Virus record (IMG/VR): IMGVR_UViG_3300023179_000013
Coordinates: 104,947-168,946 of that record
From: a virus
Direction: 5' to 3' (one strand)
Length of the DNA: 64,000 bases
Part shown: one piece after another, positions 40,110 to 49,423 of the stretch
How positions within the stretch are numbered: the stretch's first letter is position 1
Layout: every line of letters begins with the position of its first letter
Notes under the pieces: generated by a model
Databases searched by the model: none
What the model saw: only the letters and a program-made list of their open reading frames with translations
Told to the model about the DNA's origin: nothing
Program-made: the position numbers and the translations under genes

Positions 40110-41274
40110 TTTTTATTTACCTTTAATGAGTGATAATATCGATAGAGAAGATATTAATGCACTTGTTGATTTTTTAAATCAAAACCCAATTCCAAAATTA
40201 ACTAACGGTCCTAAAGTAGTTGAATTTGAAAATGCTTGGGGACAATGGTTAGGTACAAAATATAACTTAATGCTCAATTCAGGAGCATCAGCTAACGAAT
40301 TAACAATGTTAGCTTTAAATTACATTCATGGTGAAGGGGAAATTATAGTACCCCCATTAACATGGATTTCAGATGTATCATCTGTATTATTTAGTGGTTT
40401 TAAACCTGTATTTGTAGATATCAACTTGAAAAACTTATCCTTTGATATTGACAAATTAAAAGCAGCTATTACCCCTAAAACTAAAGCAATATTCCTTACT
40501 CACGTATTAGGTATTAATGGTCTAACGGATGAATTGATTCAATTGTGTAAAGATAATGATATATTGTTGATTGAAGATGTTTGTGAATCACATGGTACAA
40601 CATTTAAAGGACAAAAAGCAGGATCAATTGGATTTGCTTCTAACTTTAGTTTCTATTTTGCTCACCACATGTCAACTATTGAAGGTGGAATGATTTGTAC
40701 TAACGATGAATATTTCTATCAAGTATGTAGAGCTTTACGTTCACATGGGATGATAAGAGAAATGACTAATGAAAAATTAAAACAGCAAATCATAGATGAG
40801 AATCCTGATTTGAATAAAGATTTTATTTTCCTTTGTCCTGCTCATAACTTTAGAAGTACAGAAATGAATGCTGTTATTGGATTATCTCAACTTAAAAAAT
40901 TAGATTCTAATAATATCAACAGGATAAATAATTTTAAATATTTCATAGAACGCCTTGATCCAAACAAATATATCACTGATTTAGAAATAGAAGGACAGTG
41001 TAATTATGCTTTTATTATTATATTAAAAGAAGGTTCACTTAAAGTAAGAAATAAAGTAGAAAAAGTTCTAGCAGAACGAGGCATTGAATTTAGAAGAGGA
41101 TTGTCTGGAGGTGGTAATCAATTAAGACAACCCTTCTTAAAAGATAGATATGATCAAAGAGATTTCAAAAATGTTGATCATGTCCATTATTATAGTTGGT
41201 ATGTTGGAAATTATCCTACATTAGAACAAGAAAAAATTGATACTCTACTTAATATCTTGAATAATGAGATTTAA
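40102..41274 (+). CDS. DegT/DnrJ-family PLP enzyme, ColD/DdhC-type 3-dehydratase
   Basis: NSGASAN, EDVCES, FSFYFAHHMSTIEGG (His in place of the Schiff-base Lys). Confidence 0.8.
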   Translation: MNNFYLPLMSDNIDREDINALVDFLNQNPIPKLTNGPKVVEFENAWGQWLGTKYNLMLNSGASANELTMLALNYIHGEGEIIVPPLTWISDVSSVLFSGFKPVFVDINLKNLSFDIDKLKAAITPKTKAIFLTHVLGINGLTDELIQLCKDNDILLIEDVCESHGTTFKGQKAGSIGFASNFSFYFAHHMSTIEGGMICTNDEYFYQVCRALRSHGMIREMTNEKLKQQIIDENPDLNKDFIFLCPAHNFRSTEMNAVIGLSQLKKLDSNNINRINNFKYFIERLDPNKYITDLEIEGQCNYAFIIILKEGSLKVRNKVEKVLAERGIEFRRGLSGGGNQLRQPFLKDRYDQRDFKNVDHVHYYSWYVGNYPTLEQEKIDTLLNILNNEI

Positions 41275-41749
41275 TGAAGTAAAGATATACCAACCAGATT
41301 CTTTTGAAGATTATAGAGGTGAATTATATACTCTATATAAACAAGAGGATCATGAATTAAAATTTAACCACGATAAAGTATCTGTTTCCAAACAACACGT
41401 GTTAAGAGGATTGCACGGTGATTCTAAAGCATGGAAATTAATTACCTGTCTATCAGGTGAAGTATATTTAGTAGTTGTTGATAATAGACCATCTTCTATC
41501 AATTATTTAAAATGGGATTCTATTGTATTAACAGCCAAAAACAAAAAACTGGTGTTGGTACCTCCAATGTTTGCTAATGGACATCTAGTATTAAGTCCAG
41601 AAGCAGTATTTTTCTATAAATGGTCATATCCAGGAGACTATCCGGATGTAAAAGATCAGTTTAGTTTAAATTGGAAAGATCCAAGAATTAACATACATTG
41701 GCCTATAGATAATCCAATATTATCAGAACGAGATAAAAATTCACATTAA
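41264..41749 (+). CDS. Second RmlC-like epimerase
   Basis: DYRG, VLRGLH, VPPMFANG, LSERD. Confidence 0.8.
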   Translation: MRFNEVKIYQPDSFEDYRGELYTLYKQEDHELKFNHDKVSVSKQHVLRGLHGDSKAWKLITCLSGEVYLVVVDNRPSSINYLKWDSIVLTAKNKKLVLVPPMFANGHLVLSPEAVFFYKWSYPGDYPDVKDQFSLNWKDPRINIHWPIDNPILSERDKNSH

Positions 41750-42226
41750 ATGAACTGGAAGAACCTTATTAATGAAATTCCTGATTTTCCTGTTTCTGGT
41801 GTTTCATTTAAAGATATTTCACCCTTGTTAAAGTCAATATATTTCCCTGCTGCTATAAAGGAAATGAAAAATCAAGTTAAACAACCTGATTATTGGGTGG
41901 GAATAGATGCTAGGGGATTTATATTTGCCTCGGCATTATCTATGTTGAATGGAGGATTAATACTGTGCAGAAAAAAAGGCAAATTGCCTCCTCCTGTAAT
42001 CAGCCAAGAATATATTCTGGAGTATGGAAATGATACTTTAGAAATTCAACCAGGAAAGGGTACAGTAATAATTGTAGATGACGTTTATGCTACTGGTGGG
42101 ACAATGAACGCTGTAGAACAACTATGTACTAAAGCAGGTTATACTGTTATTGATAAATTAGTTTTAGTTGATTTATTATTTTTACATGAACCAAATAACG
42201 TTAAAAGTTTAATTCAATATGAGTAA
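41750..42226 (+). CDS. apt: Adenine phosphoribosyltransferase
   Basis: PDFP..GVSFKDI, ARGF, RKKGKLP, LEYG, VDDVYATGGT. Confidence 0.92.
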   Translation: MNWKNLINEIPDFPVSGVSFKDISPLLKSIYFPAAIKEMKNQVKQPDYWVGIDARGFIFASALSMLNGGLILCRKKGKLPPPVISQEYILEYGNDTLEIQPGKGTVIIVDDVYATGGTMNAVEQLCTKAGYTVIDKLVLVDLLFLHEPNNVKSLIQYE

Positions 42227-42797
42227 AAAAGTATTCATAGTAGCGGTTCCTAATGAAGTAGAAATTCAAGGTAAAATACTAGGATATCCCGTTATGTTTA
42301 GTGGTATTGGTAAAATTAATGCTGCTATGACAGCCACAATGGCTTTTAGTTTAGGATACGATGAAGTAATTAATATTGGTTCTTGTGGCTCATTAACAAT
42401 ACCTGTAGGAGAAATAGTTAAGGTAGGTCAAGTATTTCAAGATATAGACGCTACCCCCCTATCTGAGTATGGTGAGGTACCTTTTGAAGCTAATAGCAAA
42501 CAAATTGTTTTAGATGTAAAATCACCTTATACTTGCTTTACTACAGATTATTTCTATGATCAAGCTCAACAATCAAAATATTCTAAATACTATTTGGATA
42601 TGATAAATAAATGTAGTATACTTGATATGGAATGCTACGCTCTTGCTAAAGTATGTAAACGCTATAATATAAAATTTAGCTCATATAAATGGATTTCAGA
42701 CAGCGGAGAGAGTGGAAGTTGGGAAGAAAATTGTAAAATAGGATTTGAAAAAGTAAAAAATATATTAAATGAGCAATTTAAAAAAGAAAGAGTTTAA
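42219..42797 (+). CDS. mtnN: MTA/SAH nucleosidase-like (PNP/UDP family)
   Basis: SGIGKINAA, INIGSCG, DME, ISD. Confidence 0.75.
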   Translation: MSKKVFIVAVPNEVEIQGKILGYPVMFSGIGKINAAMTATMAFSLGYDEVINIGSCGSLTIPVGEIVKVGQVFQDIDATPLSEYGEVPFEANSKQIVLDVKSPYTCFTTDYFYDQAQQSKYSKYYLDMINKCSILDMECYALAKVCKRYNIKFSSYKWISDSGESGSWEENCKIGFEKVKNILNEQFKKERV

Positions 42798-43551
42798 ACA
42801 ATTTAACATATTAGTTATAGGAGACTCATGTGTAGATAGATTTGTGTATGGTACTGCTGTTAGATTAGCCCCTGAAGCCCCCGTTCCTGTGTTTAACCCA
42901 TCAAATGAAACTACTAATGATGGAATGGCAGGTAATGTAGTTGCCAATTTACAAGCACTAGGATCAGATGTTATTTTTATCTACAACGATGAAAATGTTT
43001 TAAAGACACGTTATGTTGATGATAGATCTGGTCAAATATTGTTACGTGTTGATGAAAACGATAAAGTAAAACGAATTGATGTTAATTTATTAAAACAAAT
43101 AAATAATAACCAATTTAGTGGTACTAAAATAGATGCTATTGTGGTTAGTGACTATGATAAAGGATTTTTAGATGAAGAAGATATAGAATTCATCTGTAAG
43201 AATAATTCTAATGTTTTTATTGATACTAAAAAGATATTAGGTGGGTGGTGTAAACACGCTTCATTTATAAAAATTAACCACGTTGAGTATCAACGTACTG
43301 AATACACAATTCACGAATTAGGGATTGAAAATAAAATGATTGTTACTTTATCAAGTAAAGGATGCCAACATGATGGTAAAATATATCCTGTTGAAAAAGT
43401 ACAAATCAGAGATGTGTCAGGTGCAGGTGATACATTCTTATCAGGATTAGTGGTTGAATATATTTTAACTAAAAATATAGAAAAAGCTATCCTATTTGCT
43501 CAGCAATGTGCCACAGTAGTAGTCCAAAAACCAGGAGTATCAACAGTATAA
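42769..43551 (+). CDS. PfkB kinase, RfaE domain I (HldA-like heptose-7-phosphate kinase)
   Basis: RLAPEAPVPV, SDYDKG, DVSGAGDT. Confidence 0.85.
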   Translation: MSNLKKKEFKQFNILVIGDSCVDRFVYGTAVRLAPEAPVPVFNPSNETTNDGMAGNVVANLQALGSDVIFIYNDENVLKTRYVDDRSGQILLRVDENDKVKRIDVNLLKQINNNQFSGTKIDAIVVSDYDKGFLDEEDIEFICKNNSNVFIDTKKILGGWCKHASFIKINHVEYQRTEYTIHELGIENKMIVTLSSKGCQHDGKIYPVEKVQIRDVSGAGDTFLSGLVVEYILTKNIEKAILFAQQCATVVVQKPGVSTV

Positions 43552-43552
43552 T

Positions 43553-44641
43553 ATGTACGATTATTTAATAGTTGGTTCTGGTTTCTTCGGTTCAATATGT
43601 GCTCGTGAATTAACTAATGCTGGTTATAAGTGTTTAGTTTTAGAAAAACGAAACCACATTGGGGGAAATTGTTATACTGAAAATAAAGACGGAATTAATA
43701 TTCACACTTATGGTCCTCATATATTTCATACATCAAATGAGGAAGTATGGAATTGGATTAATCGATACACTACATTTAATAATTTTAGTTTAAGGCCACT
43801 AGCAATTTACAAGGGTGAATCTTATTCTTTACCTTTTAGCATGTGGACATTTAATAAACTATGGGGAGTAACCCATCCACATCAAGCTAAACTTATAATT
43901 GAACAACAAAGTAAACATATTGGTGAACCTAAAAACCTAGAAGAACAAGCTATTAAATTAGTAGGTACTGATGTGTATGAAAAACTAATTAAAGGTTATA
44001 CTGCTAAACAATGGAGAAAACCATGTGACCAGTTACCTAAAGAAATTATTAAGCGCCTCCCAGTTAGATTTACTTATGATAACAATTATTTCAATGACAA
44101 GTATCAAGGCATTCCCGTTGGTGGATACACTCAGATATTTGAAAAATTATTAGATGGTATAGAAGTAAAATTAGGAGTAGATTATTTAAAAGATAAAGAA
44201 TACTGGAATAACCAAGCTACCAAAGTAATATATACTGGCCCTATTGATGCTTATTATAATTATCAATTCGGAGAATTAGAATATAAAACAACCAAATTTA
44301 AACACACCAAGAAAAATACAGATAATTGGCAAGGTGTTGCTATGGTAAACTATACTGATAGTAATATTGAACATACTAGAATTATAGAACATAAGCATTT
44401 TGAATTTGGTAATCAACCATACACTTGGATTACACACGAATACCCAACTGAATATAAAGCAGGAATAACTGAACCTTACTATCCAGTAAATGATACTGAG
44501 AATAATAGTAAGTACCAACAATATAAACAGTTGGCTACTCAAGAGAAAAATATTATATTCGGTGGACGACTTGCTGAATACAAGTATTATGATATGCACC
44601 AAGTAATTGAATCTGCTTTAAATTGTATTAAATCATTATGA
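43553..44641 (+). CDS. glf: UDP-galactopyranose mutase
   Basis: HIGGNCY, YGPHIFHT, YTAKQW, PYYP, GRLAEYKYYDM. Confidence 0.95.
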   Translation: MYDYLIVGSGFFGSICARELTNAGYKCLVLEKRNHIGGNCYTENKDGINIHTYGPHIFHTSNEEVWNWINRYTTFNNFSLRPLAIYKGESYSLPFSMWTFNKLWGVTHPHQAKLIIEQQSKHIGEPKNLEEQAIKLVGTDVYEKLIKGYTAKQWRKPCDQLPKEIIKRLPVRFTYDNNYFNDKYQGIPVGGYTQIFEKLLDGIEVKLGVDYLKDKEYWNNQATKVIYTGPIDAYYNYQFGELEYKTTKFKHTKKNTDNWQGVAMVNYTDSNIEHTRIIEHKHFEFGNQPYTWITHEYPTEYKAGITEPYYPVNDTENNSKYQQYKQLATQEKNIIFGGRLAEYKYYDMHQVIESALNCIKSL

Positions 44642-45621
44642 ATATATTATACATAACAGATGTAAATCATATAGGTAAATTTCCTCCTGATTTTTCCTTT
44701 GGATATAGACCTTTTATGAGTTGGGTTCCTGCTCTTGATGCTACCCACTGCTCTTATTACCGTTTGAATGAATTAGACGTTAATTCTCAATTTGACGTAG
44801 CCATAATAGGTTCATTAAACAGTACACTACTTAATCCAAATAAAATAGATTTAAAAACATTAATTTTAGATAAAGTTAAAAAAATATCTAAAAAAATAAT
44901 TTTCCATCAAGAATCTTACCATAGGAGCTTTACTCATGACGTTGGTGTATTTAAGAAAACAAATCAAGAAATTAATAATTATTATTTTGATTTTCTTACC
45001 CAATGTGATGCTTTCTTAGTTCATAATGAAATTGATGCAAAATATTTTGGGGAACTATATAACAAACCAGCTTTTGTTCATCCTCAATTAATTATACCAA
45101 TAGAAGAAATTCCTAATTCTGGTTTTGATAAGCCTAATAATTTCTGTTTATCTTCTTTTGGAGGATTACAAGATAAAGGAGGATCACTAGATGGTTATCT
45201 ATTAGTTAAAGATTTTAACTATCCTATCTATTGCTTTGGTGGAGGTGAGTTTAATTTACCTTTATTAGAATCTGTCCCTTATGACCCTGACTATGGAGGA
45301 TTTAATCAGAAATTAAGTGCACAAATGAAGATAGGAATAAATGTACCCCATTTACCTATTGGGGGTTCATTCCCTCTCCAGTGTGCTATGAATAAGGTTC
45401 CCTGTGTTGGGTGGAGTAATGGTGACCCTCAACAAGACTGCTTTCCAGATTTGACAGCAGATTATCCTAATTTTAATAAATTAAAGACAATTATAAAGAA
45501 ACTTTTAAATGAAAGAGATTTTTATGTAGAACAAGTAGAAAAGGGATATGAAAATTTTACAAATAAATATTCTTTTGAACATTACATTAATCAGATAAAT
45601 AATATATTTAATTCAATATGA
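44638..45621 (+). CDS. Putative GT-B-like protein
   Basis: GSFPLQCAMNKVPCV; island context. Confidence 0.4.
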   Translation: MNILYITDVNHIGKFPPDFSFGYRPFMSWVPALDATHCSYYRLNELDVNSQFDVAIIGSLNSTLLNPNKIDLKTLILDKVKKISKKIIFHQESYHRSFTHDVGVFKKTNQEINNYYFDFLTQCDAFLVHNEIDAKYFGELYNKPAFVHPQLIIPIEEIPNSGFDKPNNFCLSSFGGLQDKGGSLDGYLLVKDFNYPIYCFGGGEFNLPLLESVPYDPDYGGFNQKLSAQMKIGINVPHLPIGGSFPLQCAMNKVPCVGWSNGDPQQDCFPDLTADYPNFNKLKTIIKKLLNERDFYVEQVEKGYENFTNKYSFEHYINQINNIFNSI

Positions 45622-46493
45622 AAACATCAATTGTAACTTTTGGAAGAAATGATGGATATAAAGAAAAAGAACGTTTTCTAATTCATATGAAGGTATTATT
45701 AGATACCTTTGATGAAGTGAATTATGTTGACTGGAATTCAGATGTAGATAAGGGTAGTTTTTTATATGAAATAATAGATGACTTACCTAAAACAGGTAAA
45801 ATAAAACACTTTGTTGTTCCTCCGGATGCTCATAATTTTTTATTTAACGGAATAAAAGGAGTACCTAAAGTAGTAAATAATCTAGCTTTTAATCTTGCTT
45901 TAAAAAGAACAGATGCTGATTGGGTTGCTTCAACAACATTAGATAATATCCCACCATTAAGAGAAGAACTGGAGGAATTTATAAAAAATAGCAAGAAAGA
46001 TACATTCTATACATTTAGTAGAAGGGATGCGGACTATGATGAAGTAGTAAAACATCAAGATAATCTAATCGAATATAGAAAATATCTAGGAACAATAACA
46101 GAACCTAGATATTTCCCAGCAAGAGTAACCCCAAATGATGAATATAGTATTATTAATTGCTGTGGTGATTTTCAATTTGCTCCTAGAAAAATATGGCATG
46201 ATATTAAAGGGATAGAAGAGAGAATGGTATTTAACTGCTTTATAGACACCAACACACAGAAAAAAGTGGTATTGAATGGTTATAATTTAGAAGTAATATA
46301 TGATATTCCTATGTATCATATGTCTCATGTAAATAAATTACCACAAGGAAATAACGGGGTTGTTCATGAAGCTGCTGAAAAAGAACCACCTGTTTACAAT
46401 GATGCTTGGTATTGGGTTGAGGAATTTAAAGAATCTGAGAATGAAAATTCATGGGGATTTGGAGATACAGAAATTGAATTTGAGATTTTTTAA
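45618..46493 (+). CDS. Putative GT-A-like protein
   Basis: GRNDGY, VDWNS, CGDFQ. Confidence 0.45.
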   Translation: MKTSIVTFGRNDGYKEKERFLIHMKVLLDTFDEVNYVDWNSDVDKGSFLYEIIDDLPKTGKIKHFVVPPDAHNFLFNGIKGVPKVVNNLAFNLALKRTDADWVASTTLDNIPPLREELEEFIKNSKKDTFYTFSRRDADYDEVVKHQDNLIEYRKYLGTITEPRYFPARVTPNDEYSIINCCGDFQFAPRKIWHDIKGIEERMVFNCFIDTNTQKKVVLNGYNLEVIYDIPMYHMSHVNKLPQGNNGVVHEAAEKEPPVYNDAWYWVEEFKESENENSWGFGDTEIEFEIF

Positions 46494-46517
46494 AATATTT
46501 ATAAGAAACCTCCGTCT

Positions 46518-47057
46518 ATGCCTCGCCTCCGTCGCTCCAAATTAGACCCATTAAGTAGAATCATGACTCTCGGTGATATAGAAACCGATATAGTGAATGA
46601 ATTAATTCACAACATATATGAGATAAATGAGGAGGACGCAAAAAAACAAACTACAGAACCAATAAGGCTCATTATCAATTCATCTGGTGGGGAAATATAT
46701 AGTGGACTTGCTTTAATTGATGTAATTAGTACTTCGTTGACTCCAATCCACACAATGTGTCATGGTGCTGCCATGTCTATGGGATTGATAGTATTTGCTG
46801 CTGGTCATCACAGAACAGCGAGCCCTAATGCTACATTCATGTATCATGAAGCTATGTATGGTCTTGAGGGAAAAACAGCATACCATAGGCAAGAAATGAA
46901 AGAAGCAAATCGCATTGATAAGATATGTGATGATTACTTATTATCTCGCACTAAATTGACACAAAAATTATTAGATAACGTTAAAAATACACAAGCAGAA
47001 TGGTATTTCGATGCGAAAACAGCGTTGAAATATAATGTGGTAAATGAAATTCTGTAA
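46518..47057 (+). CDS. clpP: ClpP-like serine protease
   Basis: INSSGG, GAAMSMG (Ser), FMYH (His). Confidence 0.85.
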   Translation: MPRLRRSKLDPLSRIMTLGDIETDIVNELIHNIYEINEEDAKKQTTEPIRLIINSSGGEIYSGLALIDVISTSLTPIHTMCHGAAMSMGLIVFAAGHHRTASPNATFMYHEAMYGLEGKTAYHRQEMKEANRIDKICDDYLLSRTKLTQKLLDNVKNTQAEWYFDAKTALKYNVVNEIL

Positions 47058-47074
47058 CCCTTTCATATATTTAT

Positions 47075-47473
47075 ATGTATAAAACCATACTAAAAGTGAA
47101 ACAATACATTAACGAAGCAAAAAGAATGCAGCAATTAGCTGGATTATTAAAAGAAAATCAAAATTCTCCTCGAATTTATGATGAAGCTATTAATTATGCA
47201 TATGAAATGACCCCAGAAATGATGTACGAGGATGGGGAGTTTGGAGATGATGTAGAAAGCATACTTCAAGCAGAAGATGAATTTAAATCCCTCTTACGAG
47301 CAGAACAAATCAACCCTGCTAGTACTTTAGCTTATCGCAGATATTGGGAAAATGCACTCAAACATGCTAAAGGACAGGGAGATATTGAAGTAGCAGACTT
47401 TATGATTTGGTTTAAAGATGTAGCAGTTGAATCCTCAGCTTATTATGATGCTTTTAATGATATTATAGGCTGA
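47075..47473 (+). CDS. Putative internal head protein
   Basis: INEAKRMQQLAGLLKE leader; TATTTATA motif directly upstream. Confidence 0.45.
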   Translation: MYKTILKVKQYINEAKRMQQLAGLLKENQNSPRIYDEAINYAYEMTPEMMYEDGEFGDDVESILQAEDEFKSLLRAEQINPASTLAYRRYWENALKHAKGQGDIEVADFMIWFKDVAVESSAYYDAFNDIIG

Positions 47474-47502
47474 TCACAAAGAAATATAAAAATAAAATAA
47501 AA

Positions 47503-47790
47503 ATGGCAAATCCAAAACTTAGAGTAGACGTAAATCATAACCCAACTAAAAAGGGTATTAAAGTTCAATTCGTAATGCCTGAAACATTAGAGGGTGATGC
47601 TAAAGCTGAGATTACTCAGAAATTGCAATCTAAGTTAAATCAAGGATTGGCTCAATATAACTTAACAGTTAGCCAAGACACAGACGTGCCTTATGCTAAC
47701 GTAATTGGCTTCTTAATCCCAATTGCTGATGTTAAATTAATGATTAAGAATGCTATTTCAGGTGGTGGCAGCAGCGCACCAACAGTTTAA
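47503..47790 (+). CDS. Hypothetical protein
   Basis: ORF with A-rich leader. Confidence 0.6.
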   Translation: MANPKLRVDVNHNPTKKGIKVQFVMPETLEGDAKAEITQKLQSKLNQGLAQYNLTVSQDTDVPYANVIGFLIPIADVKLMIKNAISGGGSSAPTV

Positions 47791-47807
47791 TTACCCAAAA
47801 AACGGTT

Positions 47808-48128
47808 ATGGCTAAAATAAAACGTAAAATGAGGAGAAAAATCCCTGTGCTTCGCGTTAAAATAGAGCCAGGAGCAAATTATTCTCAGTTAGCAGAAATA
47901 CCAGAAGTTCAAAAAGTAGTTATAGAAGAAGCAATATATGCTATTAAAGATGGTCTTGCTCGAAATAAATCTTCCATCTCTCTATTTGAAGTAGCCTATT
48001 CAGATTATTATATTGAGTTAGAAAAACCAAAATGGAAACCTACTCTTGAAAAGGTACTTGAATACTACGTCGAGAAAGAGGAGTATGATAAGTGTATCGA
48101 AACAAGAGATTTAATTAGTAAATTATGA
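47808..48128 (+). CDS. Protein with C-terminal UVR (UvrB/C)-like motif
   Basis: EKEEYDKCIETRDLI. Confidence 0.55.
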   Translation: MAKIKRKMRRKIPVLRVKIEPGANYSQLAEIPEVQKVVIEEAIYAIKDGLARNKSSISLFEVAYSDYYIELEKPKWKPTLEKVLEYYVEKEEYDKCIETRDLISKL

Positions 48129-48559
48129 ATGACGGAGAAAAACACGCTGAAGGAATTAAAAACTCCATTGATGGCATTATAGGTGTTGATACAACACTCA
48201 AATTAAAGAAGAAAACAGAAGACGACATTCAAAGAGAAAAATTTGAACAAGTTATCCGTTTAGTACAAGAAATAGAAACACGTGGTGTATTAATGGCTGA
48301 AGAATTACAAGTTGATTTTTCAACATATGATGAGAAATTCTACAACGCTATTGATATAATGTTTGAATTACATTTTGGAAAGGAAGCAGCCGAAATTATA
48401 TTTTTTTACTTATACGAACGAACCAATCCAGATGGCTCCACTAATGATATATTAGATGCTAATGATTATGCTATTCCATTAGATACAGTTGCTGACCTAT
48501 GGTCAGTAGTTAAATTAGCCCAATCCAAACAAAAGCTTGGAAGGCAAAAAAAGAAGTAG
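48125..48559 (+). CDS. Hypothetical protein
   Basis: Coupled ORF. Confidence 0.55.
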   Translation: MNDGEKHAEGIKNSIDGIIGVDTTLKLKKKTEDDIQREKFEQVIRLVQEIETRGVLMAEELQVDFSTYDEKFYNAIDIMFELHFGKEAAEIIFFYLYERTNPDGSTNDILDANDYAIPLDTVADLWSVVKLAQSKQKLGRQKKK

Positions 48560-48567
48560 TATATTTA
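48536..48567 (+). promoter_or_regulatory. Class-1 promoter
   Basis: CTTG-GAA-GGCAAA-N11-TATATTTA. Confidence 0.55.
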
Positions 48568-48577
48568 CCTAAACAAA

Positions 48578-48748
48578 ATGAAGTATATGAAAAAGATGAT
48601 CGCAGTTGCAATGATTGCAACATTTGTAGTAGCTTGTACAAACGGTACAACTAACACATCAACCACTACAACTGATTCAACTAAAGTTGACAGCACTGTA
48701 GTAACCAAAGACACTACTGTAGTAGCTGATACTACTAGTGCAAAGTAA
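48578..48748 (+). CDS. 56-aa Thr-rich lipoprotein (not in ORF track)
   Basis: MKYMKKMIAVAMIATFVVAC then TNGTTNTSTTTTDSTKVDSTVVTKDTTVVADTTSAK; own promoter and terminator. Confidence 0.75.
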   Translation: MKYMKKMIAVAMIATFVVACTNGTTNTSTTTTDSTKVDSTVVTKDTTVVADTTSAK

Positions 48749-48750
48749 TT

Positions 48751-48783
48751 ATTAGTGGGGCTTCGGCCCCCTAATTTTATTTT
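48751..48783 (+). terminator. Intrinsic terminator
   Basis: GGGGC-TTCG-GCCCC hairpin with T-rich tail. Confidence 0.8.
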
Positions 48784-49386
48784 ATGCCTGCACCTAAACC
48801 ACTTACTAAAGACGATATTTTAAAAGCAATGCGATTCACAAAATCGAATCGTGCTGCGGCTAGATATTTAGGTTGCTCGTATCAACACTACAAACCATTC
48901 GCTAAATTATTTCGAGTAGATGAGGGTGATCCAAATTCACCTACACTATTCGACTCCCATAAAAACCAATCAGGCAAAGGCATTCCCAAGTTCCTACCTA
49001 ATCGAAGAAAAGAACCAAACGTCAAACTTATCTTCGAAACAGGTACAGGTTGGGAATCCTTTACACCTGAAAAAATTAAAGCAAGAGGTGTAGCTGAGGG
49101 TTATTTGAAGGAAGAATGTTATCAATGTGGGTTCTGTGAGCGTAGAGTAACTGATTATAAAACACCTCTACTACTCAATTTCAAGGATGGTAATAAAAAT
49201 AACTATCTGCTTAATAATCTAGAATTATTATGCTATAATGATTATTTTCTACTTGTAGCTGACCCATTAACACCAGATCAAGTACGCCATATTGAAGATA
49301 ACCAAACACCTAAAGCAACAGCACATGAATGGGATTTAGATGAAGCACATTTAGAAAACATGAGAGCATTAGGATTATTGGATTAG
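48784..49386 (+). CDS. HTH plus degenerate HNH/zinc-finger protein
   Basis: SNRAAARYLGCSY; CYQCG...LNFKDGNKNNYLLNNLELLCYND. Confidence 0.6.
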   Translation: MPAPKPLTKDDILKAMRFTKSNRAAARYLGCSYQHYKPFAKLFRVDEGDPNSPTLFDSHKNQSGKGIPKFLPNRRKEPNVKLIFETGTGWESFTPEKIKARGVAEGYLKEECYQCGFCERRVTDYKTPLLLNFKDGNKNNYLLNNLELLCYNDYFLLVADPLTPDQVRHIEDNQTPKATAHEWDLDEAHLENMRALGLLD

Positions 49387-49408
49387 TCAAAATAAAATCT
49401 TATATTTA
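49377..49408 (+). promoter_or_regulatory. Class-1 promoter
   Basis: ATTG-N5-GTCAAA-N9-TATATTTA. Confidence 0.55.
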
Positions 49409-49423
49409 ACTAAATAAAATAAA

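Noticed and set aside
21000-46493. Bacterial O-antigen or capsule locus, i.e. a cellular chromosome
   Set aside because: No wzx/wzy/wzm/wzt, and it is flanked by T4-like replication genes with the same upstream motifs
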